Shown one piece after another: positions 40,407-53,404 of a DNA stretch of 64,000 nucleotides (position 1 is the first letter of the stretch; the number at the start of each line of letters is the position of its first letter). Source of the stretch: Squalus acanthias (Eukaryota). The notes under the pieces were generated by a model. It saw only the letters and a list, made by a program, of their open reading frames with translations. It ran no database searches and was not told the DNA's origin. The translations under genes and the position numbers were made by a program. Where the stretch lies: the NCBI GenBank assembly GCA_030390025.1, contig JASTWF010000035.1, positions 2,046,001 through 2,110,000 of the forward strand, written 5' to 3'.

Positions 40407-43400
40407 CACCATACCATCCCATCCCCGCTAACACCACGACATACCATCCCACCCCGCCCTAACACCACGACATACCATCGCACCCCGCCCTAACACCACG
40501 ACATACCATTCCACTCCGCTCTAACACCACGACATACCATTCCACTCCGCTCTAACACCACGACATACCATCCCACCCCGCCCTAACACCACGACATACC
40601 ATCCCACCCCGCCCTAACACCACGACATACCATCCCACCCCGCCCTAACACCGCACCATACCATTCCACCCCGCCCTAACACCACGACATACCATCCACT
40701 CCGCTCTAACACCACGACATACCATTCCACCCCGCTAACACCACGACACAGCATCCCACACCGCCCTAACACTGCACCACACCATTCCACCCCGCCCTAA
40801 CACCACGACATAACATCCCACCCCCGCTAACACCACGACATACCATCCCACACCGCCCTAACACCGCACCATACCATTCCACCCCGCCCTAACACCACGA
40901 CATACCATCCCACCCCGCCCTAACACCACGACATACCATCCCACCCCGCCCTAACACCACGACATACCATCCCACCCCCCCTAACACCACACCATACCAT
41001 CCCACCCCGCCCGAACAGCACGAAATACCATCCCACTCCGCCCCAACACCACACCATAACATCCCACCCCACCCTAACACCACGACATACCATCCCACCC
41101 CCCTCACACCACGACATACCATCCCTCCCCCCTAACACCACGACATACCATCCCATCACCCCCTAACACCACGGCATACCATCCCACCCCCCCTAACACC
41201 ACACCATACCATCCTACCCCGCCCGAACAACACGAAATACCATCCCACTCCGCCCCAACACCACGACATACCAGCCCACCCCCCCTAACACCACGACATA
41301 CCATCCCACCCCCCAACACCACGACATACCATCCCACCCCCCTAACACCACGACATACCATCCCACCCCCCTAACACCACGACATACCATCCCACCCCAC
41401 CCTAACACCACAACATACCATCCCACCCCCCCAACACCACGACATACCATCCCACCCCCCTAACACCACGACATACCATCCCACCCCCCTAACACCACGA
41501 CATACCATCCCACCCCACCCTAACACCACAACATACCATCCCTCCCCCCTAACACCACGACATACCATCCCATCCCCCCTAACACCACGACATACCATCC
41601 CACCCCGCCCTAACACCACAACATACCATCCCACCCCCCTAACACCACAACATACCATCCCACCCCCCTAACACCACGACATACCATCCCACCCCCCTAA
41701 CACCACGACATACCATCCCACCCACCCTAACACCACGACATACCATCCCACCCCCCCTAACACCACGACATACCATCCCACCCCCCTAACACCACGACAT
41801 ACCATCCCACCCCGCCCTAACACCACGACATACCATCCCACCCCCCCTAACACCACGACATACCATCCCACCCCCTAACACCACGACATACCATCCCACC
41901 CCCCTAACACCACGACATACCATCCCACCCCCCTAACACCACGACATACCATCCCACCCCGCCCTAACACCACGACATACCATCCCTCCCCCCTAACACC
42001 ACGACATACCATCCCACCCCGCCCTAACACCACGACATACCATCCCACCCCCCTAACACCACGACATACCATCCCACACCCCCTAACACCACGACATACC
42101 ATCCCACCCCGCCCTAACACCACGACATACCATCCCACCCCCCTAACACCACGACATACCATCCCACCCCCCCTAACACCACACCATACCATCCTACCCC
42201 GCCCGAACAACACGAAATACCATCCCACTCCGCCCTAACACCACGACATACCATCCCACCCCCCCTAACACCACGACATACCATCCCACCCCCCCCTAAC
42301 ACCACGACATACCATCCCACCCCCCCTAACACCACGACATACCATCCCACCCCCCCTAACACCACGACATACCATCTCACCCCACCCTAACACCACGACA
42401 TACCATCCCACCCCCCCTAACACCACAACATACCATCTCACCCCACCCTAACACCAGGACATACCATCCCACCCCCCCTAACACCACAACATACCATCTC
42501 ACCCCACCCTAACACCAGGACATACCATCCCACCCCCCCTAACACCACGACATACCATCCCACCCCCTAACACCACAACATACCATCTCACCCCACCCTA
42601 ACACCAGGACATACCATCCCACCCCCCCTAACACCACGACATACCATCTCACCCCACCCTAACACCAGGACATACCATCCCACCCCCCCTAACACCACGA
42701 CATACCATCCCACCCCCCTAACACCACGACATACCATCCCACCCCCTAACACCACGACATACCATCTCACCCCCCTAACACCACGACATACCATCCCACC
42801 CCCCCTAACACCACGACATACCATCCCACCCCCCCTAACACCATGACATACCATCCCACCCCGCCCTAACACCACGACATACCATCCCACCCCCCTAACA
42901 CCATGGCATACCATCCCACCCCACACTAACACCACAACATACCATCCCACCCCGCCCTAACACCACGACATACCATCCCACCCCCCTAACACCATGACAT
43001 ATCATCCCACCCCACACTAACACCACAACATACCATCCCACCCCGCCCTAACACCAGGACATACCATCCCACCCCCCCTAACACCACGACATACCATCCC
43101 ACCTCCTAACACCACGACATCCCATCCCACCCCACACTAACACCACAACATACCATCCCACCCCGCCCTAACACCACGACATACCATCCCACCCCCCTAA
43201 CACCATGACATATCATCCCACCCCCCCTAACACCACGACATACCATCCCACCCCCCCTAACACCACGACATACCATCCCATCACCCCCTAACACCACGGC
43301 ATACCAGCCCACCCCACACTAACACCACAACATCCCATCCCACCCCCCTAACACCACGACACACCATCCCACCCCGCCCTAACACCACGACATACCATCC

Positions 43401-46400
43401 CTCCCCCCTAACACCAGGACATACCATCCCACCCCGCCCTAACACCACGACATACCATCCCTCCCCCCTAACACCACGACATACCATCCCATCACCCCCT
43501 AACACCACGACATACCATCTCACCCCACCCTAACACCAGGACATACCATCCCACCCCCCCTAACACCACGACATACCATCCCACCCCCTAACACCACGAC
43601 ATACCATCCCACCCCCTAACACCACGACATACCATCTCACCCCCCTAACACCACGACATACCATCCCACCCCCCCTAACACCACGACATACCATCCCACC
43701 CCCCCTAACACCATGACATACCATCCCACCCCGCCCTAACACCACGACATACCATCCCACCCCCCCTAACACCATGACATACCATCCCACCCCACACTAA
43801 CACCACAACATACCATCCCACCCCGCCCTAACACCAGGACATACCATCCCACCCCCCCTAACACCACGACATACCATCCCACCTCCTAACACCACGACAT
43901 CCCATCCCACCCCACACTAACACCACAACATACCATCCCACCCCGCCCTAACACCACGACATACCATCCCACCCCCCTAACACCATGACATATCATCCCA
44001 CCCCCCCTAACACCACGACATACCATCCCACCCCCCCTAACACCACGACATACCATCCCATCACCCCCTAACACCACGGCATACCATCCCACCCCACACT
44101 AACACCACAACATCCCATCCCACCCCCCTAACACCACGACACACCATCCCACCCCGCCCTAACACCACGACATACCATCCCTCCCCCCTAACACCAGGAC
44201 ATACCATCCCACCCCGCCCTAACACCACGACATACCATCCCACCCCCCTAACACCACGACATACCATCCCATCACCCCCTAACACCACGACATACCATCC
44301 CACCCCGCCCTAACACCACAACATACCATCCCACCCCCCTAACACCACGACATACCATCCCACCCCCCCTAACACCACACCATACCATCCTACCCCGCCC
44401 GAACAACACGAAATACCATCCCACTCCGCCCTAACACCACGACATACCATCCCACCCCCCCTAACACCACGACATACCATCCCACCCCCCCCTAACACCA
44501 CGACATACCATCCCACCCCCCCTAACACCACGACATACCATCCCACCCCCCCTAACACCACGACATACCATCTCACCCCACCCTAACACCAGGACATACC
44601 ATCCCACCCCCCCTAACACCACGACATACCATCTCACCCCACCCTAACACCAGGACATACCATCCCACCCCCCCTAACACCACAACATACCATCTCACCC
44701 CACCCTAACACCAGGACATACCATCCCACCCCCCTAACACCACGACATACCATCACACCCCCCCTAACACCACGACATACCATCCCACCCCCTAACACCA
44801 CAACATACCATCTCACCCCACCCTAACACCAGGACATACCATCCCACCCCCCCTAACACCACGACATACCATCTCACCCCACCCTAACACCAGGACATAC
44901 CATCCCACCCCCCCTAACACCACGACATACCATCCCACCCCCTAACACCACGACATACCATCCCACCCCCTAACACCACGACATACCATCTCACCCCCCT
45001 AACACCACGACATACCATCCCACCCCCCCTAACACCACGACATACCATCCCACCCCCCCTAACACCATGACATACCATCCCACCCCGCCCTAACACCACG
45101 ACATACCATCCCACCCCCCTAACACCATGGCATACCATCCCACCCCACACTAACACCACAACATACCATCCCACCCCACCCTAACACCACGACATACCAT
45201 CCCACCCCCCTAACACCATGACATATCATCCCACCCCACACTAACACCACAACATACCATCCCACCCCGCCCTAACACCAGGACATACCATCCCACCCCC
45301 CCTAACACCACGACATACCATCCCACCTCCTAACACCACGACATCCCATCCCACCCCACACTAACACCACAACATACCATCCCACCCCGCCCTAACACCA
45401 CGACATACCATCCCACCCCCCTAACACCATGACATATCATCCCACCCCCCCTAACACCACGACATACCATCCCACCCCCCCTAACACCACGACATACCAT
45501 CCCATCACCCCCTAACACCACGGCATACCAGCCCACCCCACACTAACACCACAACATCCCATCCCACCCCGCCCTAACACCACGACATCCCATCCCACCC
45601 CGCCCTAACACCACGACATACCATCCCACCCCACACTAACACCACAACATACCATCCCACCCCGCCCTCACACCACGACATACCATCCCTCCCCCTAACA
45701 CCACGACATACCATCCCACCCCGCCCTAAAACCACGACATACCATCCCACCCTCCCTAACACCACGACACACCATCCCATCCCCCCTAACACCACGACAT
45801 ACCATCCCACCCCGCCCTAACACCACGACATACCATCCCACCCCCCTAACACCACAACATACCATCCCACCCCCCTAACACCATGACATACCATCCCACC
45901 CCACACTAACACCACAACATACCATCCCACCCCCCTAACACCACAACATACCATCCCACCCCCCTAACACCATGACATCCCATCTTACCCCACACTAACA
46001 CCACGACATACCATCCCACCCCCCCTAACACCACGACATACCATCCCACCCCTCACTAACACCACAACATACCATCCCACCCCCCCTAACACCACGACAT
46101 ACCATCCCATCAACCCCTAACACCACGGCATACCATCCCACCCCACACTAACACCACAACATCCCATCCCACCCCGCCCTAACACCACAACATCCCATCC
46201 CACCCCGCCCTAACACCACGACATACCATCCCACCCCACACTAACACCACAACATACCATCCCACCCCGCCCTCACACCACGACATACCATCCCTCCCCC
46301 TAAACCACGACATACCATCCCACCCCGCCCTAAAACCACGACATACCATCCCACACCGCCCTAACACCACGACATACCATCCCACCCTCCCTAACACCAC

Positions 46401-46574
46401 GACACACCATCCCATCCCCCCTAACACCACGACATACCATCCCACCCCCCTAACACCACGACATACCATCCCACCCCGCCCTACCACCACGATATACCAT
46501 CCCACCCCCTAACACCACGACATACCATCCCACCCCGCCCTAACAACACGACATACCATCTCACCCCACCCTAA
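40407..46574. repeat. Satellite 1: ~29-32-bp monomer CTAACACCACGACATACCATCCCACCCCGCC
   Basis: Roughly 200 tandem copies; most junctions form CCCTAA; C-run length varies. Confidence 0.97.
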
Positions 46575-48442
46575 CACAGCGACATACCACCCAACACCTC
46601 CCTCACACAGCGACATACCATCCAACACCTCCCTCACACAGCGACATACCATCCAACACCATCTCACACAGTGACAGACCATCCAACACCTCCCTCACAC
46701 AGCGACATACCACCCAACACCTCGCTCACAGAGCGACATACCACCCAACACCATCTCACACAGTGACAGACCATCCAACACCTCCCTCACACAGCGACAT
46801 ACCATCCAACACCATCTCACACAGCGACATACCATCCAACACCTCCCTCACACAGCGACATACCATCCAACACCTCCCTCACACAGCGACATACCACCCA
46901 ACACCATCTCACACAGCGACATACCACCCAACACCTCCCTCACACAGCGACATACCACCCAACACCTCCCTCACACAGCGACATACCACCCAACACCTCC
47001 CTCACACAGCGACATACCACCCAACACCTCCCTCACACAGCGACATACCACCCAACACCATCTCACACAGCGACATACCACCCAACACCATCTCACACAG
47101 CGACATACCACCCAACACCTCCCTCACACAGCGACATACCACCCAACACCATCTCACACAGCGACATACCATCCAACACCATCTCACACAGCGACATACC
47201 ATCCAACACCATCTCACACAGTGACATACCATCCAACACCCTCTCACACAGCGACATACCACCCAACACCTCCCTCACACAGCGACATACCACCCAACAC
47301 CATCTCACACAGCGACATACCACCCAACACCTCCCTCACACAGCGACATACCACCCAACACCTCCCTCACACAGCGACATACCACCCAACACCATCTCAC
47401 ACAGCGACATACCATCCAACACTATCTCACACAGCGACATACCATCCAACACCTCCCTCACACAGCGACATACCACCCAACACCATCTCACACAGCGACA
47501 TACCATCCAACACCATCTCACACAGCGACATACCATCCAACACCATCTCACACAGCGACATACCACCCAACACCTCCCTCACACAGCGACATACCACCCA
47601 ACACCATCTCACACAGCGACATACCACCCAACACCATCTCACACAGCGACATACCAACCAACACCATCTCACACAGCGACATACCACCCAACACCTCCCT
47701 CACACAGCGACATACCACCCAACACCTCCCTCACACAGCGACATACCACCCAACACCTCCCTCACACAGCGACATACCATCCAACACCATCTCACACAGC
47801 GACATACCATCCAACACCTCCCTCACACAGCGACATACCACCCAACACCTCCCTCACACAGCGACATACCACCCAACACCTCCCTCACACAGCGACATAC
47901 CATCCAACACCATCTCACACAGCGACATACCATCCAACACCATCTCACACAGCGACATACCATCCAACACCATCTCACACAGCGACATACCATCCAACAC
48001 CATCTCACACAGCGACATACCATCCAACACCATCTCACACAGCGACATACCACCCAACACCATCTCACACAGCGACATACCATCCAACACCATCTCACAC
48101 AGCGACATACCATCCAACACCTCCCTCACACAGCGACATACCACCCAACACCTCCCTCACACAGCGATATACCACCCAACACCATCTCACACAGCGACAT
48201 ACCACCCAACACCTCCCTCACACAGCGACATACCATCCAACACCTCCCTCACACAGCGACATACCACCCAACACCATCTCACACAGCAACATACCACCCA
48301 ACACCTCCCTCACACAGCGACATACCACCCAACACCATCTCACACAGCGACATACCACCCAACACCATCTCACACAGCAACATACCACCCAACACCTCCC
48401 TCACACAGCACCATACCACCCAACACCTCCCTCACACAGTGA
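46575..48442. repeat. Satellite 2: 30/31-bp monomer CACACAGCGACATACCAYCCAACACC(ATCT/TCCCT), left block
   Basis: Tandem copies of two length variants. Confidence 0.97.
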
Positions 48443-51400
48443 CATAGAAGATAGGAGCAGGAGTAGGCCATTCGGCCCCTTTAGCCTGTTCCACAATTCG
48501 ATGAGATCTTGGCTGATTTTCCAAACTCAGTACCCTGTACTTGCTTTCTCCCAATATCCCTTGATACCTTTAGCTTTAAGAAATATATCTAACTCATTCT
48601 TGAATATATTTAATGACTTGGCCTCAACTACCTTCTGTGGTAGAGAATTCCACAGGTTCACCACTCTCTGGGTGAAGAAATTCTTCCTCATTTCTGTCCT
48701 AAATGGCTTACCCCTTATCCTTCGATTTTGACCCCTGGTTCTGGACTCTCCGACCATCGGGAACATTCTTCCTGCATCTAGTTTGTCCAGACCTGTCAGA
48801 ATTTTATATGTTTCGATGAGATCCCCTCTCCTTCTTCTATACTCCAGCGAGTATAAGCCCAATTGACCCAATCTCTCCTCATACGTCATTCCTGCCATCC
48901 CAGGTATCAGCCTTATGAATCTTCGCTGAACTCCCTCCATGGCAAGAAAATCCTTCCTCAGATCAGGCGACCAACACTGCACACAATACTCAAGGTGTGG
49001 TCTCACCAAGGCCCTGCACAACTGCAGCAGGACATCCCTGTTCCTATACTCAAACCCTTTCGCTATGAAGGCCAACATACCATTTGCCTTCTTCACCACC
49101 TGCTGCACCTGCATGCTTACCTTCAGCGACTGCTGCACAAGGACACACAGGTCTCGTTGCACTTCCCCTTCTCCCAATCTATTGCCATTCAGATAATAGT
49201 CTGCCTTTCTGTTTTTGACACCAAAGTGGATAACCTCGCATTTATCCACGTTATATTGCATCTGCCACGCTTCTGCCCACTCACCCAACCTGTCCAAATC
49301 ATCCTGGAGTTTCTCAGTATCCTCCTCGCAGCACACACGCCAACCCAGCTTTGTGTCATCTGCAAACTTGGAGATATTACATTTAGTTCCCTTATCTAGA
49401 TCATTAATGTATATTGTGAATAGCTGGGGTCCAAGGACCGAACCCTGTGGTACCCCACTAGTCACTGCCTGCAACTCGGAAAAAGACCCATTAATTCCTA
49501 CTCTCTGCTTTCTGTCCGCCAACCAGTTCTCTATCCAAGTCAATACCTTGCCCCCAATCCCATGTGCCTTAACTTTACACGCTAATCTCTTATGCGGTAC
49601 CTTATCGAAAGCCTTTTGAAAGTCCAAATACACCACATCTACTGGTTCTCCCTTATCTATTTTACCAGTTACATCCTCAAAAAATTCCAGTAGATTAGTC
49701 AAGCACGATTTACCTTTTGTAAATCCATGTTGACTTTGTCCGATCCTGTCACTGTTTTTCAAGTGCTCAGCTATTACAGCCTTTATAATGGACTCTAGCA
49801 TTTTCCCCACTACCGATGTCAGGCTTACCGGTCTGTAATTCCCCGCTTTCTCTCTACCACCCTTTTCGAATAGTGAGGTAACATTAGCTACCCTCCAATC
49901 CATGGGTACAGTTCCAGATTCCATCGAATGTTGGAAGATGATCAGCAATGTATCTACTATTTCTAGGGCCACTTCCTTAAGTAGCCTAGGATGTAGGATA
50001 TCAGGCCCTGGGGATTTATCGGCCTTCAATCCCGTCAATTTCCCTAACACCATTTCCCTGCAAATACTGATTTCTTTCAGTTCCTCCCTTTCACCAGACC
50101 GTATGTTCTCCAACATCTCTGGGAGGTTATTTGAGTCCTCCTTTGTGAAGACAGAACCAAAATATGCATTTAATTGGTCTGCCATTTCTTTGTTCCCCAT
50201 TATAACTTCCCCCGCTTCTGACTGCAAGGGACCTACACTTGATTTCACTAATCTTTTTCTCTTCACATATCTATAAAAGCTCTTGCAGTCAGTTTTTATG
50301 TTCTCCGCCAGCTTACTTTCATATTCTATTATCCTCTTCTTAATTAATCCCTTTGTCCTCCTTTATTGAATCCTAAACTGCTCCCAATTCTCAGGGTTAC
50401 CGCTTTTTCTGGTCAATTTATATGCCCTCTCCTTGGATCTTATGCTATCCCTAATTTCCCTTGTTAGCCACGGTTGAGTCACCCTTTTTGTTTTATTCTT
50501 ATGCCACACTGGGATGAACAAATTCTGTAGTTCATCCATGCAGTCTTTGAATGTTTGCCATTGCCTATCCACCGTCAACCCTTTGAGTGACATTCCCCAA
50601 TCAATCCTACCCAATTCGCGCCTCATACCATCGTAGTTTCCTTTATTTAAATTCAGGACCCTAGTCTCTGATTCAACTACTTCATTCTCCATCCTAATGA
50701 AGAATTCTATCATATTATGATCACTCTGACCCAAGGGGCCTCATACAACAAGATTGCTAATTAATCCTTTCTCGTTACATAGTACCCAGTCTAAGATGGC
50801 CTGATCTCTGGTTGGTTCCTCAACATATTATTCCAGAAAACTATCCCGTAAACATTCTAGGAATTCCTCCTCCACAGTATTTTTACTAATTTGGTTAGCC
50901 CAATCTATATGTAAATTAAAGTCACCCATGATGACTGCTGTGCCCTTACTGCATGATTCTCTAATTTCGCTTTTAATGCCGTCCCCAACCTCCGTATTAC
51001 TGTTTGGAGGTCGATATTCCACTCCCACTAACGTTTTCTGCCCCTTGTTATTTCTCAGTTCTACCCATACAGATTCCGCATCATCAGAGCTAATGGCCTG
51101 AAAATTAGACCTAATGCGGGAGATTACGCACTGTGTACTCTCGCGTATTAGGTCCCGAAGTGCCGGTTTCCTGCATGCACTGCGCATGCTCGGGAAACCG
51201 GCACTTCGTGTATGGCAAAGGGGGCGGTTCCTAAGTGAACCGCGTGCGTGCTACAGGTTGTGCGCACGCAGTGCACATTCGTTTTTTTTTCAGGTTTGAA
51301 CGCGCAGGTAAGTGTTGAAGATTTTACACATAAAGAAAGCAGGCGTAAGACCCCCTTTTAACAAGGTAAGTAGTTAATTAAGTATTATTTTAAATTTTTT

Positions 51401-53400
51401 TCAACAGGTTTATCTTTTTTAGAGACTTTAAAGAAAGGTAAGTTTATTTTTATAACTTTTAAAAAGAATTTAAATTTTTTAAAAATTTAAATTTTTGTTT
51501 AAAGTGGTTAATTTATTTAACTATAGTTATTTTATTAATGTGATGGCTTTTTTTTAAATTTAATTGAGGCTCAGCTGTTCTTTTGGGGGCTTGTTGTATT
51601 CATAGTTTTGACAGCTCTTGCTGTCAAAACTTTGAATCAAAGATGGTGTGCTGCCATTGGCTCTAACTGGCCCACGTGATCCCAGAGGTCGCATCGCACT
51701 AACTGCGACTCTGGGACACGCACACACTGCGCGCCGGCACCAGGGAGAGGCCCAGGAACTGAAGTTCGTGTGGGCCAAAACCATAAAGGTAGGCGCGGAG
51801 TGCGATATCGCGGGGGATCCTTACCCCCACGGCAACCATCGAATTCCAATTTCTGGGCCAATATCATTCCTTTCAATTGTGTTAATCCCCTCTTTAACCA
51901 GCAATGCTACCCCAGCTCCCTTTCTTTTTTGCCTATCTTTCCTAAATATTGAATGACCCTGGATGTTGAGTTCCCAGCCTTGGCTACCCTGGAGCCATGT
52001 TTCTGTAATCCCAATCAAATCGTATTCATTTACCTCTATTTGCGCAGCTAATTCATCCACCTTGTTCCGAATGCTCCTTGCATTAAGACACAAAGCCTTC
52101 AGGCTTGTTTTTTTAACGCTCTCAGACCTATATGAATTATTATTTCCTGTGACCATGTTTGATTTAAACCGTTGAGTTCTTTGCCTTCTACTTTTGTTTT
52201 ACTCCTTCCTGTCTTTTGCTTTTATCCTTGATTTCCTTTCCTCTGTCTCCCTGCTCAGGTTCCCAACCCCCTGCCACTTTAGTTTAAACCCTCCCCAACA
52301 GCACTAGCAAACACTCCCCCTCGGACATCGGTCCCGGCCCTGCCCAGGTGCAAATCGTCCCGTTTGTACTGGTCCCACCTCCCCCAGAACCGGTTCCAAT
52401 GTCCAAGGAATTTGAATCCCTCCCCCTTGCAACATTCCTCTAGCCACGTATTCATTTGAAATATCCTCCTATTTCTACTCTGACTAGCTTGTGGCACTGG
52501 TAGCAATCCTGAGATTACTACCTTTGAGGTCCTATTTTTTAATTTACCTCCTAACTCCCAATCTTCTGCTTTTAGGACCTCATCCCGTTTTTTACCTATA
52601 TCGTTGATGCCTATGTGCACCACGACAACTGGCTGTTCGCCCTCCCCCTCCAAAATGTTTTGTAGCCGCTCCGAGACGTCCTTGACCCTTGCACCAGGGA
52701 GGCAACACACCATCCTGGAGTCTCGTTTGCAGCCGCAGAAACGCCTATCTATTCCCCTTACAATTGAGTCCCCGATCACTATAGCGCTTCCACACTTTTT
52801 CCTCCCAGCCTGTGCAGCAGAGCCACCCATGGTGCCAGGAAGTTGGCTGCTGCTGCCTTCCCCTGATAAGTCATCCCCCCCAACAGTATCCAAAGTGGTA
52901 TATCTGTTTGAGAGGGGGATGGCCACAGGGGACCCATTGCACTACCTGCCTGCACCTCTTACTCTGCCTGGTGGTCACCCATTCACTTCTTGCCTGTACA
53001 CCCTTTACGTGCGGTGTGACCAACTCGCTAAGCGTGCTATCCACGACGTTCTCAGCGTCGCGAATGCTCCAATATGCATCCATCCGCAGCTCCAGTGCCG
53101 CAATGTGGTCCATCAGTAGATGCAGCTGGATACACTTCCCACACACATGATCGTCAGGGACACAGGAAGCGTCCCTGATTCCCCACATATAGCAGGAGGA
53201 GCATATTACGGGGCGGAGCTCTCCTGTCATGACTTACCCTTTAATTAATTAATTAAAATTAAATTAAATGAATCCCATCAATTTCACTTCAATTAAATGA
53301 TATACTAAAGGGCCCTTTCCCGACACTGGCCTCTCTAAAAAGCCCAAGAAAGTAAGTTTAACTACTCACTGTGCTGCTGCTCATACCAACCAACACCTGC
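48443..53400 (-). mobile_element. Full-length CR1 inserted in satellite 2 (lineage A ORF1, lineage B-like ORF2)
   Basis: ORF1 53230-52279; EN from 52156, split by a MITE; 579-aa RT ORF 50266-48527; tail at ~48445. Confidence 0.95.
51095..51859. mobile_element. Harbinger-type MITE in the CR1 EN domain
   Basis: 3-bp TSD AAT (51092-51094 and 51860-51862); imperfect TIR GGCCTGAAAATTAG vs GGCCCAGAAATTGG (10/14); removing it restores the ..RNDISSDDAESVW.. frame. Confidence 0.85.
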
Positions 53401-53404
53401 CTCA

